DNA from: Oculina patagonica
Lineage: Eukaryota
Direction: 5' to 3'
Assembly (NCBI RefSeq): GCF_052425735.1
Contig: NC_135764.1
Coordinates: 23,932,001-23,996,000 of the forward strand
Length of the DNA stretch: 64,000 nt
Under the pieces are notes generated by a model. That model was not told the DNA's origin and did not search any database. It worked only from the letters and a program-made list of their open reading frames with translations. Below, in pieces: positions 39,601-52,014 of the stretch. How positions within the stretch are numbered: position 1 is the stretch's first letter; each line of letters opens with the position of its first letter. A program made the position numbers and the translations under genes.

Positions 39601-42600
39601 TTAGCGCCCATTTAGTCCGCTCGCAGTAGCGCAATAATCAGTAACTAAACAAATTAGACTGTCCCATATTTTATTCCTCCCTTTCCTCAAGCATTTAATT
39701 TACCTTAAGACTGTCAAACTCTTATCCCAATAATAGTTCTATTAATTTAGATAATTTACCAATTACAAAATGTTTGATAATTTATTTGTCTTGAAGACTT
39801 TAACGACATTTATCAATCAGAGTATTATATCATCAACACTGAACCTTGCAACCATCCATCCGTCCGTTCGTCCGTCCATCAATCTATCCATTCATCAATT
39901 TATTCAATGGTCCTTCCATCCATCCATTTGTTGATCCGCACTTCTATCTTTCCTCCAATTCATCCATCCATTCATGACTGTTACGAGAAAACCATTTTGA
40001 CGAGAAAGGAGTTCCTAACGAAACCTCTAATATGTTTTACTATTCAGGTTTAGACGGCGGAGACATCTTGTGCAAAATACAAAAACACTCCTTTCAAGGA
40101 AGAGAATTATCAGTGAACCCAGACGAAACAGTTTCCCTAAATTGCTCTGTTGTCCAAGGAAAACCAGCAAGGCAGATCAGATGGTCCAAAGAAGGCGATA
40201 ATACGAACGGTCAGCGGCTACTCAACGTTTCATCTTTCTCAATGCCAGGTCTCTGGACGAGTTTACGATTAAACAATGTCAGCGTTGAGGAATCTGGAAC
40301 ATACAAGTGTGAGGTGAAGAAAGAAACGCAAAGGGATGTTTGCAAAGTAGTTCTTCATGTCTATTGTAAGTTGGAAGTGTTCGATTTTTCCGCACCAAAC
40401 TTTTGATAGGATGCTTCCTTTGAATATCTCAAGTAAATAGCAAGCTCCGCTGAAAATTTGTCTCTGTAAAGCTTGCGAAAATTTATTAAGAACGAAATTA
40501 TTAAATTTGTCAACTTCAGCAGAGTCCGTAAGACCCAGATTGACAGGGGCACGGGCATGCAGCAAGTCAGTTTTGGAAGTTTCGCCGCCATAAGAAAATG
40601 ATAAGAATAAAGTCTAGTTTTTTGAGATGGAGCAGCTCGACATAGTGGCTTTGGAAGGTCTCTGTGTTATTTTTGTCTAAGTACTTTTTAGAGTAAAGTG
40701 GCTATTTTATTCTATGTTAATTCTTTAATTACGTTACTTTCCATCTCATTAAGCCCGCCCACGTATTTTGAAAACGAAGGGATTCTTTACTACAACACCA
40801 CAGTTCCTGACTGAAGGACGTAATCCTGTTTTCCATTGTTACGCCAGTGGCTGGCCGAAGCCTTCCTTTGCATGGCGTAAAGACGGAAAGGAGATTAATG
40901 ATGGCGATGCCTTGAACTCGTACGTGCTAACAAAAAGAGCCTTCGGCCTAAATGCAGGCCTGGACTTAGATATTCTCTACGTCAGACAGGAACATGCTGG
41001 GCGATACAGTTGTGTTGCAAAAAACGTGTTTGGCGAGCAACAGCACAACATTAATCTCTTCATAAAAAGTAAGCATCCAGCTTTTTTGTAGCCCCATTCC
41101 GCTTTGTGGATTGCAAATAGCCCGCAAAACAAGTACAAATGATAAGTAAATAAACCCTTTTAAGCGGCTGGTATATTGGACGATAATGTCCGATGCTGTA
41201 AGATTGTCGAAAAATGAACAATTGACGAGAAGCGAAGCTTCGAGGGCAACTGTGAAATTTCGAGAACAATCTTTCAGCCAAGGGCATTATCCTACAATAA
41301 ACCAACGGCGTCCACGTCCACGGCACGCACTAAATAGGTACTAGAGAACTTCAAGTCCTCAGGGGTTTCGCTAGGCTATTTTAGGTTTTCTGCCTGTTTC
41401 GCCAAGCGGGGTTTATTTATTTTATAACACTCCGATTAATTTTCACAACGCGCTTTATCGCCTGTAAATTTATAGGAAAAACGTATTTAATAAACTCGGC
41501 GTAACTGTGGTTGAAACAAATGTAAGTTGATTGATTTACGTTTTTTTAACTCTGTAATTTCATTAAAAGTTAAAATTGAATAAGGTGACTTCATTCATTG
41601 GTTTTTTGTGCTTGCCTACAAAATCGGGCGACGTATATTAAATCGGACGGGGAATATTCGCTCATACCCGCCGTTCGATTTTGTACCACGTGATACGTTT
41701 TGTCCAATGAGCGAGGGCAAAAGTTAATTAGGGGGTTATAACTTACGATATACAGCTATTTCAGTTACCGTTGTCCGGATCAAAGCTAAAAGACAAGACT
41801 GAAAGGCAGTATGGGTAGAAGAAGAGAGCAACTGCGCGTGCTGAATACTAAAATATATAGTGACACGACAAACGCGTCAGACATGTGAAACAAGGTGCTT
41901 TTAGCCACACTGAATTTAAAAAGACTTTTCAAATGTCAGAGCTAAGCGATAGTGAAAGTAAAGCTACAGAAAGGCCTCCTGAAAAGGAAAACAAACTCGT
42001 GAATTCTCCACGTGCGAAATACAAATTTGTGCATTTAATGAAGCTTATATGCAAATTTGTAGTGAATACCCAGAACGCCATACGGTCTTGCCATTTAGCT
42101 TTAAGCTTTGACCCGACAACGTTTATTGAAATAGCTGTATGTTCTTCACAACATTGTTTAAAAAGGTCCCATATAGTCCTCCCTATTACACCACACCGCG
42201 CGATAGATTTACAAAACGGTACAAAGTCAACATTTCAGAAAAAAAGAATAGGTTGTGCTGTACATTAATTATTTTTTACTCGTCATTTGTACCATGACCC
42301 GCCCTACGGGTTCATAAAATATATCAGGCTCGTGAAAACATACAGCGAAAATACACACGGAAATGTTTACTGGGAAGACATAAATCTTGCCCTTAAAACA
42401 TTTCGTACTCTTTTTATTCTACCATTCAGGAAAACATCCAGGAAAACCTCCAAAAGTCTACCCATACGCGTCTGTCAATCAAGTGACCATCCAAAGAAGA
42501 GAGGACGCTCGACTGACGTGCGTAGGAGAAAACACTCCAAACATAGATACGGTTGTTTCTTGGGTGTTCAATGGAAAGTCCCTGCCGCTGGACAAAAACA

Positions 42601-44934
42601 AAGATTCTCATCATGTGTCAGACTTCGTGTATTTTCAAGAGCAGGACACGCTTAAAGTCAACTTCTCTCTCCTTATAAGGAATGTGACGGAGCGTGATAC
42701 TGGGGCTTATCACTGCGGGGTTCATACTCTCAAAGGAAACGACTCAGACACGATTTACCTCAGCCTTTTTCAGCCAGGTACGTGCATGTTCATACAGTGC
42801 ACGTGTATTCATGTAATAGCGGGAAAAAAAAGCTTTTATGCCTTTCCTCTTTCACCCTTCAATGTTTAGCCCGTGTGTGAAGCCCAATAAGTAAGGGAAA
42901 AATTTTCTTTCATCTTTGCGCCAAGAAATATAGCACTGCAAGTTGAAAGGCGTTGATGCGCCAAGTCAGGAGCGTCTCGTGAGAGGCACCGCCGCCAAAA
43001 CGAAGCTCTCGCGGCGAAATTCCACGAGCTGCTCAGGCTAAGTAGGCACTGGTTCTAATTTGTGTAACACGTTGCCACAACGATACGTTCAGAAATACTC
43101 GATCGGTCATCCTTTAACGGTTCAGTGTTCTTCACTTTTTGTGCGGAAACGTCCACGGCACGCACTATATAGGTACAAGAGAACTTCAAGTCCTCGGGGG
43201 TTTCGCTAGGCTATTTTAGGTTTTCTGCCTGTCTCGCCAAGTTATGCGGTCGTAAGTTTGTGCGACCCTCTTCCTATGACAAATCTTGCCGAACATAGTG
43301 AGTGGTTATATAGTTACATTCGTAGTAAAAATGGTTTTCAATATTCTATGATCGACTCTTAATAAAAATGAAGAATTAAAAGTGCATAACTTTGATTTAT
43401 ATTATGGCTTCTGTCTGCTCCAGGTTCTAAACAGGTTAAGCGCAAGGCCTCCTTAACAGAGATCCTGCTCGTGGGTGCAGGGATCTTTTGCGGTCTGGTA
43501 ACAGCTGCTGTTGCTCACCGACAATGGAGCAGGAGACGAAGACATTGGAAACGCAAGTTGCTAAGTTACCGTCTTGTTATTTTTTTGTGCCCGCCTATTG
43601 GGTTTCTGGTTTTTAAGCTTGTTCCGTCAAGATAGTTGGGTATTGGCAAAGTTTTCTTTGGCCAGGCCAATATTTATTAAATGTGACAAAAACACTATTA
43701 TCTCTCTCGAGACACATCAACAGCGGCCAATCCCGAGCGGGCAAGATAGGGTCAACTTGCCCACTTGGGTAGCCAATCACGGCACAGGGTTTGGTTCATA
43801 ATGCCCGCCAGCGGGCAACAAAAAAAACGAAAAACACAAGAACGAAGAAGATAGTAAGGAAGTTAAACGCAAACTTCGTCTTACTGAAACAAAATAAGTT
43901 GGTTAGGGACCGTAGTAAAGAACGCACAGGCGAGTGACGTACAGCTGAGAAGTTCGGGAGTAAGGGGACGCAAATAGAGACCGATCGTTCTGAATTAGTA
44001 TGATGATACACCAAGACAATATTCACAAGTTGACAACTTTAAATGGCACTAATCTGGTAGGAAACTCGTAAATAATCATTCTTGGAATTACAAACGATGA
44101 AAACATTTCAAAAGTGAATTATATACCTTAAATATGCAATAATTTCGTTACCTCCTGCCCCAGCGCTTTTATTTAATTTAACCCATCAACCCCCCCCCCC
44201 CCCCGCCCCCATCCATTTATGGACACCCCAACCCACCCACCACCAAAAGCAAAGACACATTATAAACAATTAGTTACTCGTCTGCGTTATCGGCCTATCT
44301 TTTACTATTACTATTACGTTTACTATTACAAACACCTCCTCCCATTAAGGGGTTTCATACATTGTTATTCTCCTTAGTTCTTTTTCTTTTCTTTTTCTTA
44401 TTTTTCTTGTTGCTTTTTTTAGATGACTTACAATCAAAAGAGTTCCAGTACGACGTTTTTATTAGCTTTAGCAGCCTCGACTACAACTGGGTACGAGACA
44501 ATCTCACTCCGGTGCTGGAAAGAAAACGAATCAACTATTGCATCCACAGCCGGGACTTTATAGTTGGGAAAGCAATCATCGAAAATATTGCAGATAGCGT
44601 CTACAACAGCAGAAAGGTGCTGGCAATTATTTCACACAGTTATCTTGCGAGCAACTTTTGTCGTGAGGAATTGGAAATCGCTTTGTACCGCTGTACAGAA
44701 ATGGCGGACTCGTCTCTGCTGCTAATTCGAATCGATGACGTTGACAAGAAGAGACTTCCCAAACCGTTAAGAAGACGTACGTTTTTGGATTATTCAAGTG
44801 CCTCAGAGAGAATAGACTGGGAGCAAAGATTGTTAAGGCATATCAAGTTTGATGACAAAGAATCGAGATTAGGACCCAGCATTTCTACCGATAAAGTTCA
44901 ACTCATAAGTGAATCCAACTTAAAGTGTGTTTGA
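36691..44934 (+). CDS. IL-1-receptor-like protein: signal peptide, 3 Ig domains, TM, TIR; ~560 aa; exons 36691-36751, 40048-40365, 40754-41068, 42430-42777, 43424-43552, 44423-44934
   Basis: MAFSFNRFILCGAALCSLCNG signal; Ig1 LNC..IRWSK..ESGTYKC; Ig2 FHC..FAWRKDG..HAGRYSC; Ig3 LTC..VSWVFNG..DTGAYHC; TM ILLVGAGIFCGLVTAAVA followed by RRRR; TIR YDVFISFS..CIHSRDFIVG..SRKVLAIIS..FCREEL; all introns phase 1 and in frame; exon-5 donor ambiguous (GC at 43553 or GT at 43565). Confidence 0.9.
37840..38580 (+). mobile_element. Crypton-like non-autonomous remnant with terminal hairpin, in receptor intron 1
   Basis: ORF 38150-38368 EELDKSVEDQKGINTSRSTQFALRTWQAWL resembles the N-terminus of Crypton/KCTD1-like tyrosine-recombinase proteins; hairpin 38384-38547; related remnants near 35440-35900 and 39420-39500. 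Confidence 0.5.
41314..43241 (+). repeat. 93-bp direct repeat pair (41314-41406 and 43149-43241) flanking the Ig3 exon
   Basis: acgtccacggcacgcacta.ataggtac.agagaacttcaagtcctc.ggggtttcgctaggctattttaggttttctgcctgt.tcgccaag occurs twice with few mismatches. Confidence 0.9.
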
Positions 44935-46063
44935 TCTGCTGAACTGGCCTGAACTTAAACGACTGACAGATGTGCAGATGTAGTTTTAGAATGCAAAGTC
45001 CAATAAGTAACACACCTCCGCATAAATGACTTGACTTCTTAAGTAGGCAGAGTGGCCTTTATTTATATATTGGTCCCCTGGTAGGGCTCCCATATGAAAG
45101 GGGCGGGGATGCTCGTCGGACATGAAGAGACCTATCTGAACGTGACCAAAAAAGATAAAAAAGATAAAAAAGACACTGAAATACAATTTATTTTTACAAA
45201 TTTATTTATGTGCAACCCTAAACGAGACCTTGACGAAACTCCCTAAGTGAGACCAAAAATCCGAAATTTATAACCCTAAGCGAGTCTTCGAGCATCCCCG
45301 CCCTTTTAATATGGGAGTCCCCGAGCCAATCAAACAGGGGCTTGGATATAGATTGAATATTACCCACCAGCACGCGAGGATTTTTCCCACTGCTCAATAA
45401 CGCAATGTTTTCAAACACCTCTACGTGAAATGTAAGCATACATCCATTTAGATGTGCAGTCATCATTTTTAGGAAAAAATGATAAATGGTAATTAGAATT
45501 GTTCTATCTGTTAAATTTAAGACGATGTTTGACCGTTGCATTTTTCACTTTTCTTTTCAAGAGCACTGACTGCAGATTTTACATGTGGGTGTCTTACGTC
45601 TGTTTATCATTCAAATTAGGGCAATATCCTGCCAACTTGATTTAAATGCTGACGCATGCTGCTCGAATATCCTTTCACGCCGAAACAGGAAAACAAAAAT
45701 TTTAATTTTTGGTCGATCTACATTGAGACAGTTGCAACAGTAATAAAACTCGAAGGCGACATTTGGCACTAATAAAAATTGTACGAACAACTATAAATGA
45801 AAAGGACTTTATTTTATTTACAAATATTAGCGAAAGGCAACCCGTCCGGGGCATTTGTCACCGTTTGTGAACGACATAATTAACGGAGCTTTTACAACTA
45901 TTATTAACATCTATTCAAGAATGGTTGGATTATTTGAAAAAAGATTATAAATTACAAAGCTTAACATTAAAACTTGCTCTTTAAAGCAACGTCAGTAACA
46001 CTTCTTAGGAAACTTTTAATTACGTCTGCCTACCGAACGAAACGAAAGTTTGTCGAGTCAAAA

Positions 46064-48638
46064 CTAGTACTTGCGTCTTCGTCTGGCCAAGACTCTAAAT
46101 GTACAACGTCTATCTTGATTGTTTGTGTTGATAATTAAAGATAAGTTTTCATCACAGTTGCTAGAAACGCCTAGGTACATTGCTGTATTAGTAGCCGTAT
46201 ATTTATATTTTAGATGCTTTCCAACTTTTTCTTCCTCAAACAGGAAGGCATCACCAGTTGCCCTGTCGCATTGTTGCTGTTCCTGTAAATGAAATTAAAC
46301 AAAACATCCTTTCAATAAACAACTAATGTAAATAAACTTTGTCTTATCGGGCCAATTGTTGTTGGTTGCCAACGATAAAAAGAAAAACTCCCACAAATTG
46401 TTCTGAACTTTTTCAGCTAAGATTTTCTAACGGGAGAGCTTACAAATACGATCAACCACCGTCTTGCCTTCCTGGTCTTCTATCAACCCAAAATTCCCTT
46501 GTGTTTGTGCATTGATTTGTCCTACATTTTAACCCATCGATTCACTTCATAAACGTTAACTAAAAATTTTTACCTAAAAAGAATGTTTCGTGCCAACTTG
46601 GGCTAATTTATCTCACCTCAAAAGCTATTGTCGTTCCGTTGATGACCTTCAGGGCATATTTGGTGCCATCTTGTTCATCGGTGTATTGAATGCACTTTCT
46701 TCCACTGTTTTCCACAATCATAAATCCTTTGATAAATAAAATGCACTTAACGTCGACATGATTAACTACAGTAACTCTATGGAGTATACTAACTACAAAA
46801 ATCACTAAACGAACAGAGCGAACCACATGAGCTACAAGAAGCACAGGAATGCTTTCGTGATATAAAGTACAGAAGTCACAGAAATAAACAGACTATTGAG
46901 ACTCACAAACTACATAACTACATTGAACAATTAACAAATTGACATCAGTTTTTTTTTTCTTCTTCTTCTTCTTCTTTTTTTTTTTTTGTCTGTCCTGTTA
47001 TCGATGATAAACTAGTTTGTCATAACATCTTCATAATTAGTTGCAATAGATCCATGCGAGTGGATCTACAACAAACTTTGACAATGTAATGACAAAATTT
47101 AGAGTCACCAACTGGACAGACGCATGAAAACCGATGTCAATTTGCTTTTTACAATAACAAAAAGCCAAAACTGAAGGAATGAAATGCACGAGTCCAATTG
47201 TGGAAGATGTAATTGCCGAATCGCGGCAGGATCTTTTTTTTTTTTTTTTTTTTGTCGCTGTAATTCAGCGAATCATAGGTTCGTAAATCAAACGTTTGGA
47301 AGAATACGGCCAGATATATAAGGGAAAATCTATTTTATTCAGTGTAAAGTGTTCACAAAATAATCCGCTAAAACGCAGTTCAGGCGTTATAATTCTCGCC
47401 TTATCAAGAATGCAGCGCTTAATCAGTGCTGAAAAATTTGACCTTCGCTGATCGCGTCAGTTACGAGATTCATCCGCCTGTCCTCTTATCGACAAAAAAT
47501 GGCCAATCAGCGCGCAAGGATTCGCTCAGTTATTGTAAAAAATGAGTTCGAAGGACATGGAAAAATGAAACTACGTCAAGTTAACCAAATGCATCAACTA
47601 CAAATACACGAAGGTCGTGATCTTCGAATTTGCAAGCTTCATAATCAAAAGCTAATACTAATATTGATAAGCACTGTGAATAGCTTTTTACGTAAAGAAG
47701 AGTCCATGGCACTTGTTTCCAACTTTTGGATAATAAATGAAGTTGGTTAAGTTGGTAAGATTTGTGTAGAGATCCTGTGATTTTTGAATAACTACACTTC
47801 TTAGGTAATGTATATTTTTCGGTCGAAGATAAAATCTAAGATAACTTCAGGAATTGCTATACCAATCCTATATGATAATTCCTCGGCTGCAAAAGCATTA
47901 GCCTTCGAACAAATCACATTTTACCGTTACTTACTCGCTTTAGGGTCTCTGGTAGACGACCCATTGCATTTTGCTGTACACTGCCGCTTCCCAGCTGAAG
48001 AAACTTTACATTGGCTGGTATCGATCTTTATAAGATTGCCGCCGCTGCAGGGTTTGTTTTGTCTAAAACGTGAACGGAGACTCTTGCTGCTTGATCCGAC
48101 TTGTACGTGAGTTAGGAGCGATGCGACTAGCGTCTAGGAAGAAAAAAAAAAGTAACTGAAATTGAAAGGGCGTCGTTTATAGACCAAATCACTTTATGTT
48201 AACGCCCCAGTGTTGCTAACAGAGACAAATTTGTTTGACGTTTAACTGCCCTGAGTGGTTTACCTTCGCAGTACTGGTTGTCTTGAACAGATAAAAATTT
48301 CAAGGAACATTACTTTTCGTAAAATGTGGCTTGTAACAAAAGAAACAGGTACATCCTACCTAGGCAGAATCAGAGTAAATTTTCGAAAATTAAATTAAAG
48401 GTGAATCGAGAAGAGCAGTTAAAAACACACATTGCAATGTATTTTAACTCTACTAACATTAAATTCCGCATTAAAAAAAACCAAGGTAACCATGTTAAAT
48501 ATACAATTGGTGTGGGCCATGTTAGGTAATAAAGATAAAAAGGAATAAAACTTCATAAGGTCAAAAAATGGATTACACGAACATAAAAAGATATTAAAGG
48601 TTGTTGTTACTTACTAGAAAAATACGGGTTAAATCCAT
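46064..48638 (-). CDS. Secreted beta-trefoil (FGF/IL-1-like) protein, copy B3, intact, 183 aa; exons 48638-48615, 48133-47935, 46726-46617, 46282-46064
   Basis: GT-AG, phases 0/1/0, 552 nt open: MDLTRIFLTLVASLLTHVQVGSSSKSLRSRFRQNKPCSGGNLIKIDTSQCKVSSAGKRQCTAKCNGSSTRDPKARFMIVENSGRKCIQYTDEQDGTKYALKVINGTTIAFEEQQQCDRATGDAFLFEEEKVGKHLKYKYTATNTAMYLGVSSNCDENLSLIINTNNQDRRCTFRVLARRRRKY. Confidence 0.85.
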
Positions 48639-48716
48639 TTCGTTCACTTCGGTTTTTTCTTGAACGCTTTTCGACCAGGGCAGGTACTTTGAATGGTTCA
48701 GTTCTGTTCATATTTG

Positions 48717-48724
48717 TATTTATA
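48717..48724 (-). promoter_or_regulatory. TATA box of B3
   Basis: TATAAATA ~80 nt upstream of the ATG; kept in B2 and B4, degenerate (cataagta) in pseudogene B1. Confidence 0.55.
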
Positions 48725-51700
48725 CCAATATGTCTTAATATATGCACCGCATATTTGGGAAATAAGGAATTTTGTCTTTCTGACGTGTTAAACCACAACT
48801 ATTAGGCCCACACAAAACAAATTGACATCGAAACAACTGGAAAAACTGTTCAACTGTTACAAAGAATGTTTAGCGTTGTGTTTCTTTCAACAATTAAAGG
48901 TCAAAAATTCGCTGAATGATGTATCCATTCCGAAATGAATAAGTATAAAAAAAAAAAACGAATATACTGAATTAAAAAAAAAAAAAGAGGATACAAGCTG
49001 GGAAATGATTTAAAAAAACAACAACATAGAAAGTCGTTAATTGTATTCAGTAATATTCGGATGTTTCATTAACACACTACATTTGCTTAATAAAGCTTAA
49101 TGTTTTTTTTGTTTTTTTGTATGTTTTGCTCCGGCTAGCGCGCATATCGAATAGTTTACTCTTTCACGTTTTGGTTTTTTTTCGGGTCACAGTAAAATTA
49201 ATTTTTAAGCCACGTTTACGTAAAGTTATCAGCTGATGAGACAAATCGACAACCTTTTTTTGCTAACTAGAATGATAAAACTTAAAATAAAAATTTCATC
49301 GCGTTGGGAAAATGATCGGAATGTCGCAATTACAGTTATTAATTAAAACGGGATTTCCAGTTACATGTAGTTCGATTCGGAGTTTTCCTAGTTTTGTCGC
49401 GTTTATTTTACAATTGAAAAGTACAAAGGAGCGATCAAGTTTAATGAACCATGGCTAAGCGTAAACTTTACGACAGTATTCTTTTAACACGTCTGCGTGA
49501 GTCTGATAATGTTTCGAAATACAGAAACACTGAACAAGGCAGGAAAAAAAAATTGAAACTTTTACATGATCATTTTAAGACAGTTTTCACTAATTCATAT
49601 TAAAGAGCAACTTTTTTTCGATAATGGAATGTAAAGGCGTGTTCATCGTGCATAGCAACGGAAAGCTGAGTGGGGTCAATAGCCACTTAGCTTTAAGACC
49701 ATACCATTTTATTTTAGAAACAGTAGCCTCGAGAAAAAAGTTTTCAACGACCTCTGCGTCAAATTTATAAGCACCTCTAGAAACATGTTGCAAAACTACG
49801 AGTGCTAAATAACAGCTACTAAGCTACATTTCAGTACCATAAATTGTAAATTGCAGTATTCCAAACGCTCAGTTAGAATCAAATATTCGTTAACGTGACT
49901 TAGCTTTTCATGTGGGCCGATATTTTGCAACACTGTCACTGTTTTTCCATTAAGCCATAAACAAATTGTTGTCGATCACACTCGTTTCGTGTTTTTTGCC
50001 TTTACAAGACATTGCCTTCATGACTGCAGACATGTGGGTGGTTTACGTTTCTCTGCTACGCAAAAAGAAAATGGCGCCAATATTGCATCAAACTGAACCA
50101 AATAGCTTAGTCATCAATCATTGATTTAACTTGATGTTTTGAAAGTTTTTTAATATCAGAGAATCATGTATAAATCAAGGAAATTCCATTGCACAGAAAT
50201 GAGAGGCGAAAAGGTAAGCGGCCGAAGATTTGTAAGTCTTGTTAATTAAAAGTTTTCCTTTAGGCGAGAGAAATAGTAATCAACGGTTTTTCACTGACAA
50301 CAAATAGTTTCTTAGGATACCTTAGCAACTTTCTTTAACTATGAACGTTTGATTCCGTAATAAGATAAAAGACATGCAGCTGCAGTGCCTGCAGAAGCGA
50401 TGACGTTTCCAAACGGAGTCTTAAATACTTTTCAGGGAATTTTTCAAAAAATAAACGTATAGAAAATAAAAGTAGTTGACAACTTTTGTATTGAATGATT
50501 GTTCAACAAAAATTGTATTATCTTGTTGCGTGGCATCTGGTATAAGCCTCTATAACAATATACGATACTTCCCTTGAGCGACCAAGGTCAATCACTGTAT
50601 CGTAATTGTTTTACGCAGGGCCACTGTAGAAGATGTCTGATAACCGCTAAATTTTATAGAACTTTTAATTTGTCTATTTCGTTGATATTTTGATTAAGTC
50701 AATTCTAACTGTCCAGGAGTATTTTGCTTTGTGTTCTTCGCGGCGATTTCATGTTGTGCTTCGGCTTGATCTCTGTTTACGTCAAGTTAGTTTCTACTTC
50801 CATATTGTATTTTTAATATTTAGTTTTTAAATCTTGTTGATATGTAATTCACTTATTCTTAGTTTTCAAATTGTCAGACACTTTTATCATGAGCCTCTTG
50901 CTCGGGAGATTGGAAGACCAATGGTGTATTTGACACTAAAAAAATTTACCATACCTTTTATTGCCTTCGATCAAAACAGAAACACAGACACCACCGCCTA
51001 ATGGCGTAAGCGCTCACGGCATGACGTCATCGCAAACAATGATAGCCTTTTATCACTTTGGGCGAAAGAAGACAACTCGAAAACAACTCGAGCATATACG
51101 CAGTGACAACGAAAAAAGATGTGTGTAAAAATAAAGACCACGTGGAAGATTGCCTTGAGATGTCGAGCCAATATCAGTGATTCAAAAGCATTTTTCTGAT
51201 AATGATGTTCACTGACGGTGAAAGCGCAGATGATATTCAGTTACGGACAACAAACTAAACTTTCCTTTTGTAAAAGAAAGTTGTAAGTAATCTAAGTTAT
51301 CGATGACTTTATTTTTACAGTATTTTTTTCAGCAACGCATTTCTCACACGATCACTTTCGTTGTTGACCCATATTCATTATCCGACAGCTACCGTGCCTC
51401 CTTCGTCTTTAGGCACTGTACACTTCTAAATTATTACAATACTATTCGTCTATTTTATAATACAGCCATTTGCACGTTGGGCACAATAAACGTTTACAGT
51501 CTTGTTCGCTCATATCGTTCTTCTTTCATTGTATAAGTGGTCTCACGAAGCTAGAAAGTTTCATATTCTAAGATCGAGAAATTAGCCCATACCGGATCTA
51601 GATGGCGGGCGATTTCCATGGTCCTATGCTACACGGGGAGTGGAAAGGATAAGTTAAGTATTTTAAAAAGACGATCGAGAAGAAAATCTGTCTTGACTAA

Positions 51701-52014
51701 TCGATCTAACCAAAACCAATAAAGTTCCTTTCGAGGAAAAAAAACACGTGCTTGAGCTTTATTTGTTTTTCGAGAGCCACCTTTCCTTTCAAGGTATATT
51801 TTTGTCAAATCAATTTTGCGATGGTTCAAAATAAAGACAAGTAATTATTATGACACATTTCTATCTATATTTTACAGCGAAAACACAAAAACCGTGAACA
51901 CTTTCATTACACTTTGAAAAAAGAAGTAGAGGAAATAGTTGACAAATTATTCACGAAAAATAACCTGCTGGCGATTTATATTTCTTGCAGTTTGATGCAG
52001 TTTAAGCTATCATT

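Noticed and set aside
41885-42268. 127-aa ORF in receptor intron 3
   Set aside because: Lies in repeat-like sequence; no recognisable domain or fitting splice sites
36691-44934. Calling the receptor a TLR, FGFR or vertebrate IL1R1 ortholog
   Set aside because: No LRRs and no kinase; orthology cannot be shown without phylogeny, so no symbol is given
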